Positions 43,827 through 58,894 of a DNA stretch of 64,000 bases are shown in pieces. The stretch is taken from NCBI RefSeq assembly GCF_009914755.1, contig NC_060932.1; one strand, 5' to 3'. The stretch is from the human T2T-CHM13v2.0 reference genome, Homo sapiens. Every line of letters begins with the position of its first letter. The stretch's first letter is position 1. The translations under genes were made by a program, and so were the position numbers. The notes beneath the pieces were generated by a model. The model made no database searches. It was not told the DNA's origin and saw only the letters and a program-made list of their open reading frames with translations.

Positions 43827-44817
43827 TGTTAAGGGTAGTTAGACAGGCATGAGCAGGGCAGGAGTGGGCTCTTCTGCCCCACCAACTAGGATTGTGAGGT
43901 GATGGTTTGACAATTACCACACTGCCTATCCAAAAATGATAATTCAGCAGCAGGAGCCAGGGCACCATGGAGAGAAAATCACCTGATGACCCACAGCTGT
44001 GAACATTAAAGTGTTAATTGAATGGAGATGCCAGGAAGAAGCAACTTCCTGGACATGCACATCAAGAGACAAAATGGCAAAGTATGACCTTCCAAGGGCA
44101 CTCTCCCAGAAATGGGAAGAAAGTCTCAGATGGGCATGCATACTACTTTTTTTTTTTTTTTTTGAGACGGAGTCTGGCTCTGTCTCCCAGGCTAGAGTGC
44201 AGTGGCACATCTCCGCTCACTGCAAGCTCCGCCTTCCCAGGTTCACACCATTCTCCTGCCTCAGCCTCCTGCATAGCTGGGACTACAGGCACCCACCACC
44301 ACGCCCAGCTAATTTTTTGTATTGTTTTTAGTAGAGACGGGGTTTCACCATGTTAGCCAGGATGGTCTCAATCTCCTGACCTCCTGATCTGCCTGCCTCG
44401 GCCTCCCAAAGTGCTGGGATTACAGGCGTGAGCCACCACACCCGACTGCAGGCATACTACTTTCTAAACACACTATGTGCTCCCGTCCCAAGGGTAAGGA
44501 GGGCACTGCACCTACAGGCAGCCCATCCTAACGGAAGAATCATGGGAAACAGGTCAGTCTATAAAGTTCTAACATCAGGGTTAAACATGACACTTAACCT
44601 TCAGGTGCCCACTTGGATCTCTTCCAAGTGAATTTTCCTCTCTTTACTTTTGTAAAGCCTTTTTAAATGACTTCCACTCCTACTCTGAAACTCACTTTGG
44701 TCTCTTCTGCCTTATGCCCCTCAGTCAAATTCTTTCTTCTGAGGAGGCAATAATTGAGGTTACTGCAGACCTGTATGGATTTGCCACCAGTAACTCGGAT
44801 ACCTGCCACTGGTAACA
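43827..44817 (+). mobile_element. MER50-family ERV1 solo LTR containing an AluY
   Basis: TG...CA termini (TGTTAAGGGTAGTTAGACAGGCATGAGCAGGGCAGGAG; CCACTGGTAACA). Perfect 4-bp TSD ATCT at 43823-43826 and 44818-44821. Confidence 0.85.
44150..44447 (-). mobile_element. AluY
   Basis: GCAAGCTCCGCC and TTAGCCAGGATGGTCTC diagnostics. TSD GCA(T/G)GCATACTACTTT at 44134-44149 and 44448-44463. Confidence 0.95.
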
Positions 44818-46104
44818 ATCTGTCACCTCTAGCTGAACTTTAAGGCTATTTGCAAGCAGGTAGTGTTGTCAACTGCCAGAGCTTATAAGCTACCTGCCAA
44901 CAAAAACACAGAACTTTTTACTTAAGAGGTTATTTATTGATTTAAGGCATTTAAGGTAATCTCTTCCAAATCATTAGCTGACCACAAAGCTAATCAAACA
45001 GATTTCAGTGACTGCACACAACAAAGAATATGGACTTTGTGGAATTAGTACAGGAAATTTACTAAACAAGCAGCAACATCAAAAATAACTACTATAAATA
45101 GCAACAATAATAATAAACTGTGAGGAAAGGAGGGAATTTTATTACCAAAGTTACCATGCTTTATTATGTTAATCTAGTTTTCAACCAAAATTTAGTTCAT
45201 GAAAAGAAAGAAAATATGGCTCATACCCAGGATAAAAAGACAGGCAATAGCAACTGTTCCTGAGGAAGCTCTGATGTTGACCTTACTAGACAAAGACTTT
45301 AAATCATTTATTTTAAATATGTTTAAAGAACTAAAGAAAACCATATCTAAAGAAATAAAGGAAAGCATGAGAAGAATAATGGCTCACCAAATAGAGACAA
45401 CCAATGGAAAAAAAATATATAAAAAATGACCAAGTAGAAATTCTGAAGTTGAAAAGTAGGTTGACTGAAATAAAAAATGTACTAGGAAGACTCAAGACAA
45501 TATTTGAGCTCTCAGAAGAAATAACCAGTTAACTTGAAGATAAGTCACTTGAAATTGTCCTGTGTGAGGAAAAGAAAAAATATAATGAAGAAATGTGAAC
45601 AGAGATTAGTGGATCTGTAGGATATCATCAAGCATATTATCATCTCTATAATGGGAGTCCCAAAAGGAAAACAGAGAAGGGAGAAAAATTTGAAGAAAAA
45701 ATGACTGAAAACTTTTCAGGTTGAAAGAAAAATATTACACATCCAAGGATCTCAACAAATCACAAATAGGATAAATTCAAAGGGATACACATTTTGACAC
45801 ATCATAGTCAAACTGTTAAAAGATAAAAACAAATAGAAATTCTTGCAAGTATCAAAAGAAAAACATCTCATCACATGCAAAGGATCTTCAATACGATTAA
45901 AAGTGGATTTCTTATCAGAAAACATGGTGGCAAAAAGGCAGTAGGATTATATAATCACTGTGCTGGAAGAAAAAGAATGTCCACTAAGAATTCTATTTTC
46001 CCAAAATTGTGTTTCAAAAAATAACGTAAAATTAAGACATTCCAAAATAAACAAAACCATAGAGAACACCACCCTGGAAGCCCTGCTTTATAAGAAATAC
46101 TGTA

Positions 46105-46902
46105 TCCAGGCCACATCTTGAATGTTTTGCTTCTTAGAAATTTCTTCCACTAAATACCATAAATCATCACTGTCAAGTTTCAAGTTCCACAGATCTCTAA
46201 GGAAGGGGCAAAATGCAGCCAAGTTCTTTGCTAAAGCATAACAAAAGTGACTTTTACGCCATTCCCAATAAGTTCCTTATCTTCATCTTAGACGTCATCA
46301 GCCTGGCTACCTCCATATCACTATCAGCATTTTGGTCACAACTATTCAACAAGTTTCTAGAAAGTTCCAAATTTTCCTTCATCTTCCTGTCTTCCAATCT
46401 CTGCCTGCTACCCAGTTCCAAAGCTGCTTCCACATTTTCAGATGCCTTTCTGGCAATGTCCCATTCCTCAGTGCCAATCTGTATTAGTCCATTCTCGCAC
46501 TGCTATAAAGAAATACCTGAGACTGGGTAAACTTTTTTTTTTTTAAAGTTTAATTGATTCACAGTTCCCACATCCTTCTACAGAAATCATGTGGCTGGCA
46601 TTCTGCTCAGCTTCTGGGGAGGCCTCAGGAAACTTATAATCATGACGGAATGTTAAGGGGGAGCACACACATCATATGACTGGAGTAGGAGCAAAAGAGA
46701 GAGTGGAGGTGCTACATACTTTTAAACAAACAGATCTCACAAGAACTCACTATCAGAAGAGCAGCACTAAGGGAATGGTACTAAAGCACTCATGAGAAAT
46801 ACACCACTGTGATCCAATCACCTCCTCCAAGCCCCATCTCCAAAAGTGGGGATTACAATTCAACATAAGAGTTGGGCAGGGACACAGATCCAAACCATAT
46901 CA
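46105..46902 (-). mobile_element. MSTA/B 5' LTR (46480-46902) plus ~375 bp of MST internal sequence
   Basis: LTR TGTATTAGTCCATTCTC...CCAAACCATATCA; internal CCCAGTTCCAAAGCTGCTTCCACATTTTCAG and TTAGAAATTTCTTCC. Confidence 0.88.
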
Positions 46903-48077
46903 GCCATGTGCAAAAATTAATCAAGATGGAATAAAGATTTAAACATAAGACTGCAAACTATAAAATCCTAGAAGAAAACCTAGGAAATGCCCTTCTTAAC
47001 ATTGGCTTGGCAAAGAATTTATGGCTAAGTCCCCAAAAACAATTGCGATAAAAACAAAAACTGCCAAGTGAGACCTAACTAAAGCGCTTCTGCACAGTGA
47101 AATAACTTACCAACACAATAAAAAGACAATGTCAGAATGGGAGAAAATATTCACCAACTATACATCTGACAAAATCTAATATCCAGAAAATACAAGGAAT
47201 TTAAATCAACAAGCAAAAAACAACCCACTTTAAAAAATGAGCAAAGGGCATGAACAGACACTTTTCAAAAGAAGACATACAAGTGGCCAAAAAGATATGA
47301 AAAAAAGTTCATCATCTCTAATCATTAGAAAAATGAAAATCAAAACCAAAATGAGATATCATCTTACACTAGTCAGAACGGTAATTATTAAAAAGTTAAA
47401 AAATAACAGATGCTGGTGAGGTTGTAGTAAAGGGAAATGCTTTATACAGTGTTGGCAGGAATATAAAAACTAGTACAGCCATTGTGGAAAGCAGTTTGGC
47501 AGTTTCTCAAAGAACTTAAAACAGAGCTACCATTCAAGGCAGCAATACCATTACTGGGTATATAGCCAAAGAAAAATAAATGGTTCTATTGAAAAGACAC
47601 ACACACTCATATGTTTATCACAGTGCTGTTCATAGTAGCAAAGACATGGAATCAACCTGGGTGCCCATCGGTGGTGTTTTGGATAAGGAAATTGTAGTAC
47701 ATATACATCATCCAATACTATGCAGCCATAAAAAAGAATAGAATCATGTCCTTTGCAGCAAGAAGTATGCACCTGCAAGTCATTATCCTAAGCAAATTAG
47801 TGCAAGAACAGAAAACCAAACACTACATCTTCTCACTTATAAGCAGGGGCTAAACACTGAGTATACATGGACGTAAAGGTGAAAAAAGTAGATACTTGGG
47901 ATTACAAGAAGGGGGAGGGAGAGAGGGAGCATGAGCTAAAAAACCACCTATTGGATATTATGCTCACTACTAGGTGATAGGAACATCTGTACCCCAAACT
48001 TCAGCATCACACAAGATACTCATGTAAAAAACTTGCACATGTACCTCTTGAACCTAAAATAAAATTTTAAAAATAAA
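46903..48077 (+). mobile_element. 5'-truncated L1PA15/16-like element
   Basis: ORF2 C-terminus + 3'UTR (TATGCTCACTACTAGGTGA, GTACCCCAAACTTCAGCATCAC). Confidence 0.88.
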
Positions 48078-48959
48078 CTTATTTTTATTTTTGATGCTTC
48101 TATGTGATTTAAAAGTTAATTGCACAATGCAATAACTACACAAATGTATAGATTAGCTTAAAATGTATAGTGATATAATTTGTATGATGACAACATCATA
48201 AAGGAGAGGAAAAGAAATGGAGCTATTTTGGAACAAAGCTTTATATATGTTGAAATTAAGTTGTCGTTCATCTGAACTAGATTGTTTTCAGCTAAGGTGT
48301 TAATTTTAATTCCCAGGGCAACTACTAAGCAAATAGCTCAATAAATATGGTAAGAGAAATAACAAGTGAATTAAAATGGTGTACTAAAACAAGTCTATTT
48401 AACACAAATTAAGTAATGAAGAAATAGAAAAGCAAAACGGAAATAAGACAAATAGAAAACAAATAGCAAAATAGCAGAAGTAAATGTTACCTAATTGGTA
48501 TTTACATGATATTTGAATGAATTAAACACTCATATCCAAAAACAGAGATTGATAGAATGAAAACAAACACACAATTCCACATGCTGTTTACAAAATCATA
48601 CTTTAGATTCAAAAACACAAAAAGATTGAAGACAAAAGGATGGAGAAAGAATGAAGCAGTAACCGAAAGAGATCTCAAGTGATTAAAATAATATCAGTCA
48701 AAATATATTTTAAGGCAGAAATTGTTACTAGAGACACAAAAGGACATTTTATAATAATAAAATATCAATCTATCACAAATACATAACATTACATTATATA
48801 CATAATGTGTATATACAAAATACATAATAGATATATGATGTATATCTAATAACGTATATATGTAATTATATATACACACACACACATATATATATTCACC
48901 ACAATGAAGCTCCAAAATACATGAAGAAAAAAAATCTCCAAAGGTCCATTTTTACTTTC

Positions 48960-49445
48960 AGAATAAATCCTTAAAATCCAAACTTCTGAGCCTAGAATAA
49001 TATAGAGTTCATGGCAGGCCCTTCCATGTTTCCATTGATAGTCTTCCTTCCTGCCACTTCCATTACCATCCTATATTCCATGCATACACACTACTTTAGA
49101 CTTCAAAGTTTCCATTTCCCTTCTAGCCTTTTCACATGCTATTATTCTGCCTGGAATGTCATAAATCAATTCAATGTCATCTCTTAAAATAAGCATCCTC
49201 TGACACGTCCAGGAACACCAAAATATGTTCTCCTGTATGTGCCCATTTCTTTGATTTTACTTTTATTGTAAGTCTGACTTGTAAGACTTACACTTGAGTC
49301 AGACCTGCAAGTCAACCTATTAACCTCTAAATCACTGGAAAGCAAACACCATGTTCTAATAGCCTTTCTTAACCCAGGGGCTAGTACAGTATTTAGCATA
49401 GGCTACGTTCACAAAAATAAATATTTGCTGGATGCATGAATAACA
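48960..49445 (+). mobile_element. L2 3' region
   Basis: TCTGCCTGGAATG...AATAAATATTTGCTGGATGCATGAAT. Confidence 0.65.
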
Positions 49446-49461
49446 GAGTGTTAGATATGTA

Positions 49462-49856
49462 TGTCTTAGTCAGTGCAGGTTTCCATAACAATACCCTACT
49501 AGGTGGTATAAACAATATAAATTTATTTTCATATACTTTTGGATGCTGGAAGTCTAAGATCAGGGTGCTAGCATAGTCAGGTCCTGGTGCGTACTCTCCG
49601 CCTGGCTTCCAGACAAACACTTTTTTGCTGTGCATTCACGTGAATTTTCCTCAGTGCTTGTGTTGAAGGAGTGGAGAGAGAGAGAATGAATCTTTCTCTT
49701 CTAATAAGGCCCCCAATCCTATCAGAATCAGACCCCACCTATATGACCTCATTTAACCTTAATTACCTCCTAAAAGCTCTATCTCCAAATACAGTCATAC
49801 TGGGGGTTAGGGCTTCAACATAGGAATTTCGGAGACAGACAATTTAGTCCATAGCA
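49462..49856 (-). mobile_element. MLT1A-like solo LTR
   Basis: GCTGGAAGTCTAAGATCAGGGTG...ATGACCTCATTTAACCTTAATTACCTCC...TAGGGCTTCAACAT. TSD ATGTA/ATATA. Confidence 0.88.
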
Positions 49857-50995
49857 ATATACAACAGTATTTCTGTTATATTCATGTCTAGCAGTAATCC
49901 ATATACTAGAACATTACCAGTTCACCCAGGCCCATTCCCTTCTATGTTGTCTCATTTTGGAACCAGTGTCTTTGACCTTGCTCTTCAAGCTGAGATCCCA
50001 AGGTAAGAAAAATATGTTGATTTATCATTGGGCAATCCATAAATCAGCATCCATTTCCCCAATCCTCTTGATTTGCATAAGGAGCCTCTTGTCCCAGCCT
50101 GACACTGGTAGAAATAGAAATGTACCAATTAAATGATTGTTCTGCTTATCAAAATCCTCATTGGAATATGTTGGGAAGGAAGCAATTTTCTCCTCTCTTA
50201 TTTTCATGAATATACATAGGATTGAAACATTGAAACCAAATACACATTAATCTGATTCTATAAACAAATGATGGTGGTTCTGATTTTTTTTTATTTTATA
50301 GCTTTAGGAAAAAAACATGAATAAAGAGGGAAGACAAAGTCATCATATTTTAAAGGTTTAACAGTTTAGAAAGAATGTATATATGTACTTTTCTTTTTGA
50401 AGGACATGTTTTAGGTGTTCATTACTTCACAGATAATACTTTGAAATGCTAATTTTCCCCAAGATAATTCAGCTGTTAAATCACCAGTGAATTTAATTCC
50501 ATCCACTAATTTCAGCGTCTGTGTTCCTCCCCTGTCACTAGCTGCCTCAAAAAATCCAAAACTTAATTTTTATTTTGCTCTGCACTTTACACATTATTTT
50601 GGCATATACTAACTTAACCCATCTGTTCACAACAGTCTTGTGAGCTGGGCATAAAGAAATTGAGGGTGAAACTTTTTTTAAGAGACTAACACAGGCAAAG
50701 CCCCAATTGAAAGAGTTTAATTCTGAGCATCATTAGTCAGCCTGAGATTCACAGCACCCAATGCACAACATTGCTCATACATCCCTGATGACTGGCAGGC
50801 CTTCCCCCTTTCCTAGCCTGTCCTGTCTAATGTCTATTCCTTTCTTCATTGCAGCTTTGGTGTCTAGTTCCTTGGGAAACTGAGCCCAACCACTGAGCTG
50901 CTTAAAGTTCCCCTCTCTAGGCTTCTTTTGTATTTAATGAATGTCTTTGATTGGATGTAAAAAGCACCAACCATAAAAAAATGACAAATATAGGC

Positions 50996-51690
50996 TTTAT
51001 TTTTTGAGTTTTAAAAATTGATTAAATAATGCTTTATGTATATATGAGGTACATGTGAGTGTTACATGCACAGAATGTGTCATGATAAAATTGGGATATT
51101 TGGGGTATCCATCACTTTGAGTATTTATCATTTCTATGTGTTGGTAGCACTTCAAGTCCTCTCTTCTGGTTACTTTGAAATACACAAGATGTTGTTGCTA
51201 AGAATAGTCATTCTTTTCTGCTATCAAACATTAGAACTTATTTCTTCTAACTGTATATCATGTCCATTAATGAACTCCTCTTCATACACGCTCCAACCCA
51301 CCCAACCTTCCCAGTCTCTGGTATCTATCACTCTATTCTCTGTGTCCATGGCATCACTTTTTAGTTCTCATGTATGAGTGAGAACATGTGGTATTTGTCT
51401 TTCTGTGCCTGGCTTATCTCACTTAACATAATTTCCTCCAGTTCCATTCATGATGATGCAAATGGCATGATTTTATTTTCATGGCCAAATAATATTCCAT
51501 TGTGTGTACATATACCATGTTTTCTTTATTCATTCATTTATTGATGGACACTTGGGTTGATTCCATATCTTTACTATTGTGAATAGTACTTCAATAAACA
51601 TGGAAGTGCACGTATCTCTTTGATATACTGATTTATTATCCGTTGGCTAAATAGTAGAGAGATTGCTAAATCATATAGTAATTTCATTTT
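50996..51690 (-). mobile_element. L1MA3/4-like 3' end inserted in an L1ME
   Basis: GGGGTATCCATCAC, TTTATCATTTCTATGTGTTGG, TATTTGTCTTTCTGTGCCTGGCTTAT. Confidence 0.85.
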
Positions 51691-52530
51691 TGTTGTATCT
51701 ATGGTTAACAAAGGGCTCATATTCAGAATATATAAAGAACTTCTGCAAATTAATAAGAAAAAGACCAACGGCTTCATAGAAAATGACCAAAAAAAATTGA
51801 TAGGTACTTCAAAAAAATATTCAAAAAGTCAATATACATGAAAACTCTCATTAGTAATCAGAAAAAAAGCAAACTAAGATCACAATGAGATACAATTTCA
51901 CATTCAAAAGAATGACTAAAATTTAAAACTCCTGACAGCATAATTATGGTGAAGATATAAAATCCACTGGAAACAATAGTCTTCTGTTGGGTAAATTAGC
52001 ATTATTTTTTATGGTTAAACAATATAATCTCAATAATGCAGAAATGTCATTCCTGGATGTACAGCTAAATGCAATGAGTGCATATCTACACAATAAGTCA
52101 TGTAAAAGCATTTAAGTGATATGCAATAGCAAAAAAAGAAACTGGGGAAAAGAAGCTTCTGTCAATGATAGGTTAAATAAATTGTGATACATATACATTG
52201 GAATTTTATACTATAAAAACATTTTAAAAGTTACAGCTATATACAACAACGTAAGTGAATCTCAATTAATATAACATTAAGCAAAAGATGTCAGACACTA
52301 ATTGAATCTGTATAATTCCTTTTGTATAAAATTAAAAATCAGAGAAAACTAATCTGTGACGTATAGAGTCAGGATAGTTTTTACATTTTGATAGGATATG
52401 AAAAGACTTCTATGGTGACAGAATATTTTGTTTCCCCACTTTTGTGATACTTGTGTCAGTTGCAATTATTTTGTGATGATTCATTAAGCTGAAATATGAT
52501 TTGTGCATTTTTCTTATATGCTACATTTTG
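51691..52530 (+). mobile_element. L1ME-like 3' region
   Basis: TATTCAGAATATATAAAGAACT, CACAATGAGATAC, GAAAACTAATCTGTGA. Confidence 0.7.
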
Positions 52531-52999
52531 AAAGCAAGATTTTAAGTATTTCTTATTGTTTGAGGATAGAGGAATGTAAAGACACAATAAAAATACCTGC
52601 TACATCAGAAAAATTACAGAAAAGAACTGGAAAGGAACCTTAGATGTTCTCTAGTTTAATACCCTCATTTATCAAGCAGAAAATGGCGACTTAGGATGAG
52701 TCGCAGGAATTGGGTTTTTCTTGACCATCATATCTGTCAGTATCTCAAATAGTAAAAATTGTATTACAGATTTATATGATCATTTGTTCCCTGAGAGCTC
52801 AAATGAGGTCATAAATTTTGTTTAGGAAAAGAAGTAGTTAAACTGTAATTGTAAGGACACGCGCTCCAGCCCCTCTGTCCTAGACTACTGGGCAGACATT
52901 CATTGCCCTGTTGGGAAGTCCTTTCACCCTTTTCCTGAGACTAAGCTGACAGTGGACATGTAAACATGCAGAAAACAAAATAAAGAACGTACTGAAAGA

Positions 53000-54560
53000 T
53001 TAGATTTATTTTAAAAATGCACTAAAAATAACAGCTATTACTAGATGAGTTATATAACAATACAGAACAGAGAAAAACACTGGCAAATGAAAATATGAGG
53101 TTAGAATAAATTTGCTATGAAAAGGAAAGAACTCAGGTTAGTTCACAAAACAAATGCTAATTATGTGCTATATTTAAGAGGTATGTCTAGAAGGAAGAGA
53201 AGCAGAAAAGTTTAAAAGAAAAGAATGGGCAACAAACTAGAAAAATGCAGACCAAAAAAAGTAGAGACCTGTTATAAATAATAAAGTTTAATTCAGAACA
53301 AAATGCATTAAACTTGATAAAATAGGTACCTTATTAAAATAAATTTATTATAAAATAAAAAATCTTTCACTATTTACTGAATATGTAAAAATCTTTAATG
53401 AACCAAATTCTATGGAATTCAAATTCATAAAGCAAAACCTCATGTGAATATAAGAAACAAAAAAGAAATATAAAAATACTTATATATTTTAATTCACCTT
53501 TTTCAGTACATATTAGGTAAAATAGATAAGTGAAGATATAGAAGATTTAAGCTACAAAATTAACAATTTAAAGCTATTACTTCCTGACTAACTGAATGCC
53601 CTCAAAAGAAAACAGAAAGTTTTCTTCCAAGGGTCTGTGAAAGATTTGCAAAAATTAATACAGATTAGGATGCAAGAAAACCTTAATAAATTTCAGAAGG
53701 AATAAAGAGTACAGAAAAGCCTTTGACAAGGCAAACCAGTATTTAATTTTTTAAACTTTAACTAATAAAAAAATTCCATTATATCAAAAAAAGTTTTAAA
53801 TAGTAAACTGTCTGAAATCATGTGTAAATAAAAAACAAATATTAATAAATGACTGGAAAATTATAATAACAAAAATATATAACAGAACTTTTGGGATTTA
53901 GCTACAGCAATGGCCAAACGAAAATTAACACAGAATCGCGTTACTCAGAAAGAAAGAATGTAAATAAATAAAAGCATCTGTCTGAAAGTTAGATAAAGAA
54001 CAACAAATTAACCCAAGGCAATAAGTAAAAAGAAAAAAGTCAAAATGCACAAATTAATAAAACAGAAAATTATAAAATAGTGGAACTACCAAATTTAAAA
54101 ACCTGTTTCTTTATGGGGGTAAATAGCAGTAAACCAGATAAAACATAACCAAATCCAATTAAGAAAAGAAAAACAATGACTTTTTAATATGCACTGTGAG
54201 TAACAAAGACTTATAAAATATTGTTTTGCTCAACTCTATTAATGAAGATTTAGCCAAATGGAATAATAAATGATTTTCTAGAACAATTCATACCACCAAA
54301 CTTTACTTCAGAAGGTATAGAACATATGCACAGTCTAGTCACCATCGAAGAAACAGAAATTTGTTGAAACAATCATTCTCCCAAGAGGACATTAAGACCA
54401 AATTGTTCCCAGATGGTTTCAACCATGCAAGAACAGATAACTAAAACATATTTAAATTGTTTCAGAACATAAAAAGAGAAGTACAGATTATAAAATATTT
54501 TTATAAAGAAAATAAATCTAAGAAAAGTGATAAATGTATGGGAGTACTTCCTTAACAAGA
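53000..54560 (+). mobile_element. Highly degraded ancient L1 ORF2 (continues ~57575-58800)
   Basis: A-rich ORF2-like remnants (GAAAACCTTAATAAATTTC, AGAACTTTTGGGATTTAGCTA, CCCAGATGGTTTC). Confidence 0.6.
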
Positions 54561-54589
54561 GAGAGAGAAAAAAATTAAATACATGACAA

Positions 54590-54951
54590 GAAGGATGGTT
54601 ACCAGAGGCTGGGAAGGGTACTGGAGGGATGGCCGGGAGGGGAGGATGGTTAATGGGTACAAAAAACAATTATTAGAAAGAATGAATAAGACTTACTATT
54701 TGATAGCACAACAGGGTGACTCTAGTCAATAATAACTTAATTGTACATTTTTAAATAACTTACAGAGTGTAATTGGATTGTTTGTAACTCAAAGAATAAA
54801 TGCCTGAGGAGATGGACACCCCATTCTCCATGATGTGCTTATTTCACATTGCATACCTGTATCAAAACATCTCATGTACCCCATAAATATATACATCTAC
54901 TGCATACCCACAAAAATAAAAAATAAAAAATAAAAATAAAACAAAATAAAA
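54590..54951 (+). mobile_element. L1MA1/2 3' end
   Basis: GGATGGTTACCAGAGGCTGGGAAGGG...CATCTCATGTACCCCATAAATATATAC + (AAAAAT)n tail. Confidence 0.9.
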
Positions 54952-55119
54952 TAGATGCATACCTTGAAAATATTGCATGTTCAGTTCCAGACCACTGCAA
55001 GAAAGTAAATTGTTACAATAAAGCAAGTGATAGGAACTTTTTGGTTTCCTACTGCATATAAAAAGTTATATTTACACTATACTATAGTCTATTATTTGTG
55101 CAATAGCATTACATCTTTA

Positions 55120-55554
<435 letters not shown>

Positions 55555-56411
55555 TTAAAATAAGACAACAATGAAGTTTGCTGCACGGATTGACTCTTTT
55601 TTCCATTGAAGATTTCTCTTTAGTATGTGATGCTATTTGATAGCATTTACCTACACTAGAACTTCTTTCAAAATTGGAATAGATCTTCTCATACCCTATT
55701 GCTGCTTTATCAACTAAGTTTTGGGAATGTCCTTAGTCCTTTGTTGTCATTATAACAATGTTCACAGCACCTTCACCAGGAGAAAATTCCATTTCAAGGA
55801 ACCACTTTCTTCATAAGAAGCAGCTTCTCATTGGTTGAAGTTTTATCATGAGATTACAGCAATCCAGTCACATCTTCAGACACCACTTCTAATTGTAACT
55901 GTCTTGCTATTTCTACCACAGCTACAGTTCCTTCTTCCACTGAAGTCTCGAGCCTTTCAAAGTTATCCATGAGGTTTGGAATCGACTTCTTTCAAACTCC
56001 TGTTAATGTTGATATTTTGACCTTCTCCCATGAATCACAAATGTCCTTAATGGCAACTAAAATGATGAATCATTTTAGGTTTTCAATTTACTTTGCCCAG
56101 ATTATCAGAGGAATCCCTTCTATGGCTAGAGTCATATGAAATGTATTATTTTAATAATAAGACCTAAAGTGAAAATGACTCCTTGATCCATGAACTGCAG
56201 AATGGATGCTGTGTTAGCAGCATGGATGTAAAAACAACATTAATCTCCTTGTGCATCTCCATCAGAGCTCTTGGGTGACTAGGTCCATTGTCAATGAGAA
56301 GTAATATTCCGAAAGGAATCTTTTTTTCTGAGCAGTCGGTCTCAAAAGTTGTCTCAAAGTATTCTTTAGTCCATATTGTAAACAGACGTGTGTTATTTGG
56401 GTTTTATTGTG

Positions 56412-56801
56412 TTATTTATAGAGCACAGGCAAAATAGTTTTTGCATAATTCTTAGGGGCCCTAAGATTCTCAGAATGGCAAATGAACATTGGCTTCAACT
56501 CAAAGTCACCAGCTGCATTAGCCCCTAAAATGAGAGTCAGCCTGACCTTTGAAGCTTTGAAGCCTGGCATTGACTTCTTCTCTCTAGCTGTGAAAGTCCT
56601 AGATGATATTTTGTTCCAGTATAAGGCTGTTTTATCTGCACAGAAAACCTTTTGTTCAGTGTGGTTGCCTTCATAAATGATCTTAGCTAGATTTTTTGGA
56701 AAACTTGCTGCAGCTTCTTCATCAGCCCTCACTGCCTCACTTTGCAGTTTTACGTTATGGAGACAGCTTCTTTTTTTAAACCTAATGAACCAACCTCTCA
56801 T
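56412..56801 (-). pseudogene. Tigger1 transposase fragment (CENP-B HTH end / DDE_1 start)
   Basis: [11 protein letters not shown]...ADKTALYW...[26 protein letters not shown] matches Tigger1/TIGD1; flanking frames are broken. Confidence 0.9.
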
Positions 56802-57884
56802 ATCTTCAAATTTTTCTTCTGCAGCTTCCTCATCTCTCTCAGCCTTGCTCTGGAATACACTTTGGCTTAAAGGAATACTGTGACTAGTTCCATTTTTCCA
56901 ATCCGGACCACTAAAACTTTCTCTACATGAGCAGAAAGTTGTTCCACTTCCTTATCGTTTGTATGTTCACTGGAGTAGCACTTTTAATTTTTGTCAAGAA
57001 CTTTTCCTTTGCATTCACAGCTTGGCTGTTTGGCACAAGAGACCTAGCTTTAGGCTTATCCTGGCTTTCAACATGTCTTTCTCAATAAGTTTAGCATTTC
57101 TAGCTTTTGATTTAAAGTGAAGAGATATGGGACTCATCTTTTCATTTGAACACTCAGAGACAATTGTAGGGCTATTAATTGGCCTAATTTCATGACTGTT
57201 GTGTCTCAGGAAACAGGGAGGTCCAAGGAGAGGGAGGGGTACAGGAGGACAGAAGAGAGCAGTCAGAACCCACACAACATTTATAATTAAGTTCACCATC
57301 TTATATGGGTGCAGCTCACAGCAGCCAAAACAATTACAATAGTAACATCAAAGATCACTGTTTACAGATTACCATAATGACATAATAATATTGTCATATT
57401 GTAAGAATTGCAAAAATGTGACACAGAGAGACATGAAGTTGTCACTTGCTGTTGGAAAAATGGTGCCAATAGACTTACTCCATTCAAAGTTGCCATGAAC
57501 TTTCAATTTGTAAAAAGCATAATATCTGCGGTGCACAATAAAACAAAGCACAATAAAATGAGGTATTCCTGTAGTCATAGATTTCAGCAGGTCTTTCTAA
57601 GAAAGACATAAAACCCAGAGGCCATTAATAAATGAATACATTTGACCACGCAAGAGTTAAAAACCTCTGCATATAAAAATGTTCATAAAGTCAAAAACAT
57701 AAGACAAAGAGGAAAGAAAATACTTCCGAGGCAATATAATCTGTTACCTATAAATGTAAAGAGTTTATCTAAATAAATAAGAATTCATTAGAAAAATAGG
57801 CAGAGGACAAGGACAGAAATTTCACAGAAAAATAAATACATTTTGCTTTTAAACATATGGAAACACTCTTACTATTTGTCATAA

Positions 57885-58180
<296 letters not shown>

Positions 58181-58894
58181 TATTTGTCATAATTTTTAAA
58201 ATGCAATTTAAAACTTTAATGGACTTTCCATTTATATTTATCTTACTGACAAAGACTATAAAGTTGGTATGGCGGGAGTTATTAATAAGAGAGTAAATCA
58301 GTATAATCTCTTTGAAAGGTAATATGGAAATGTCTACTAAAATTAATAGTTCCTAAGCCAACCAATCCAGCGATTCCATTTCAAGAGATTTACCCTACAG
58401 ATAGGTGCACCAGGAAATATGTAGAAAAGTGTTTATTTCAGTGTTGCTGTCATTAGCTAAGTCTATAAGCAACCTAAATGTTCATCTATGAAGCAATTTA
58501 CTGATTTAATTTACTGAATCAGAGAAACCATATTCTGTTTGTATTGATAGGAAATGTTCTCAAAGTGACATTGCTAAGAAAAAAAATAAGATGCAAAACT
58601 GTGCATAGCATGCACATATAAGATGTATCAAATGCATGTATGCATCTGTCACATTTCAGAAAGATGCCAGACTCTGGTAACAGGAGTTGTCCCCAGGGGG
58701 ATCTGGGGAACTAAAAGTCTGTGTTGGCAGAAGATTTAACTTTCACTGTGGACCCTTTTTAATTTTCTCATATGCATGTATTAATATTTTTATTAAAATC
58801 CTTAAAAAATAAGCAGAGTGATCAAACAAAATGCAAATCAGGTTCACTGTGGCCTCTAGACAAATAATAACAATGACAACAGTAATAATGAAAG

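Larger units (their letters stand above)
43175..46100 (+). mobile_element. Old L1M (L1M4-like) 5'UTR/ORF1, interrupted by MER50; resumes ~48080-48935
   Basis: ORF 45199-45429 (LLDKDFKSFILNMFKELK) is typical of the old L1 ORF1 N-terminus. Endonuclease-like remnants at 48480-48930. Confidence 0.75.

Noticed and set aside
33830-46100. Similarity between 33830-34895 and 44850-46100 as a segmental duplication
   Set aside because: Highly diverged; explained by independent copies of related old L1M 5' regions.
49967-50008. Possible 36-nt exon ending AAG|GTAAGA
   Set aside because: Weak acceptor, no partner exons or homology; isolated donors are expected by chance.
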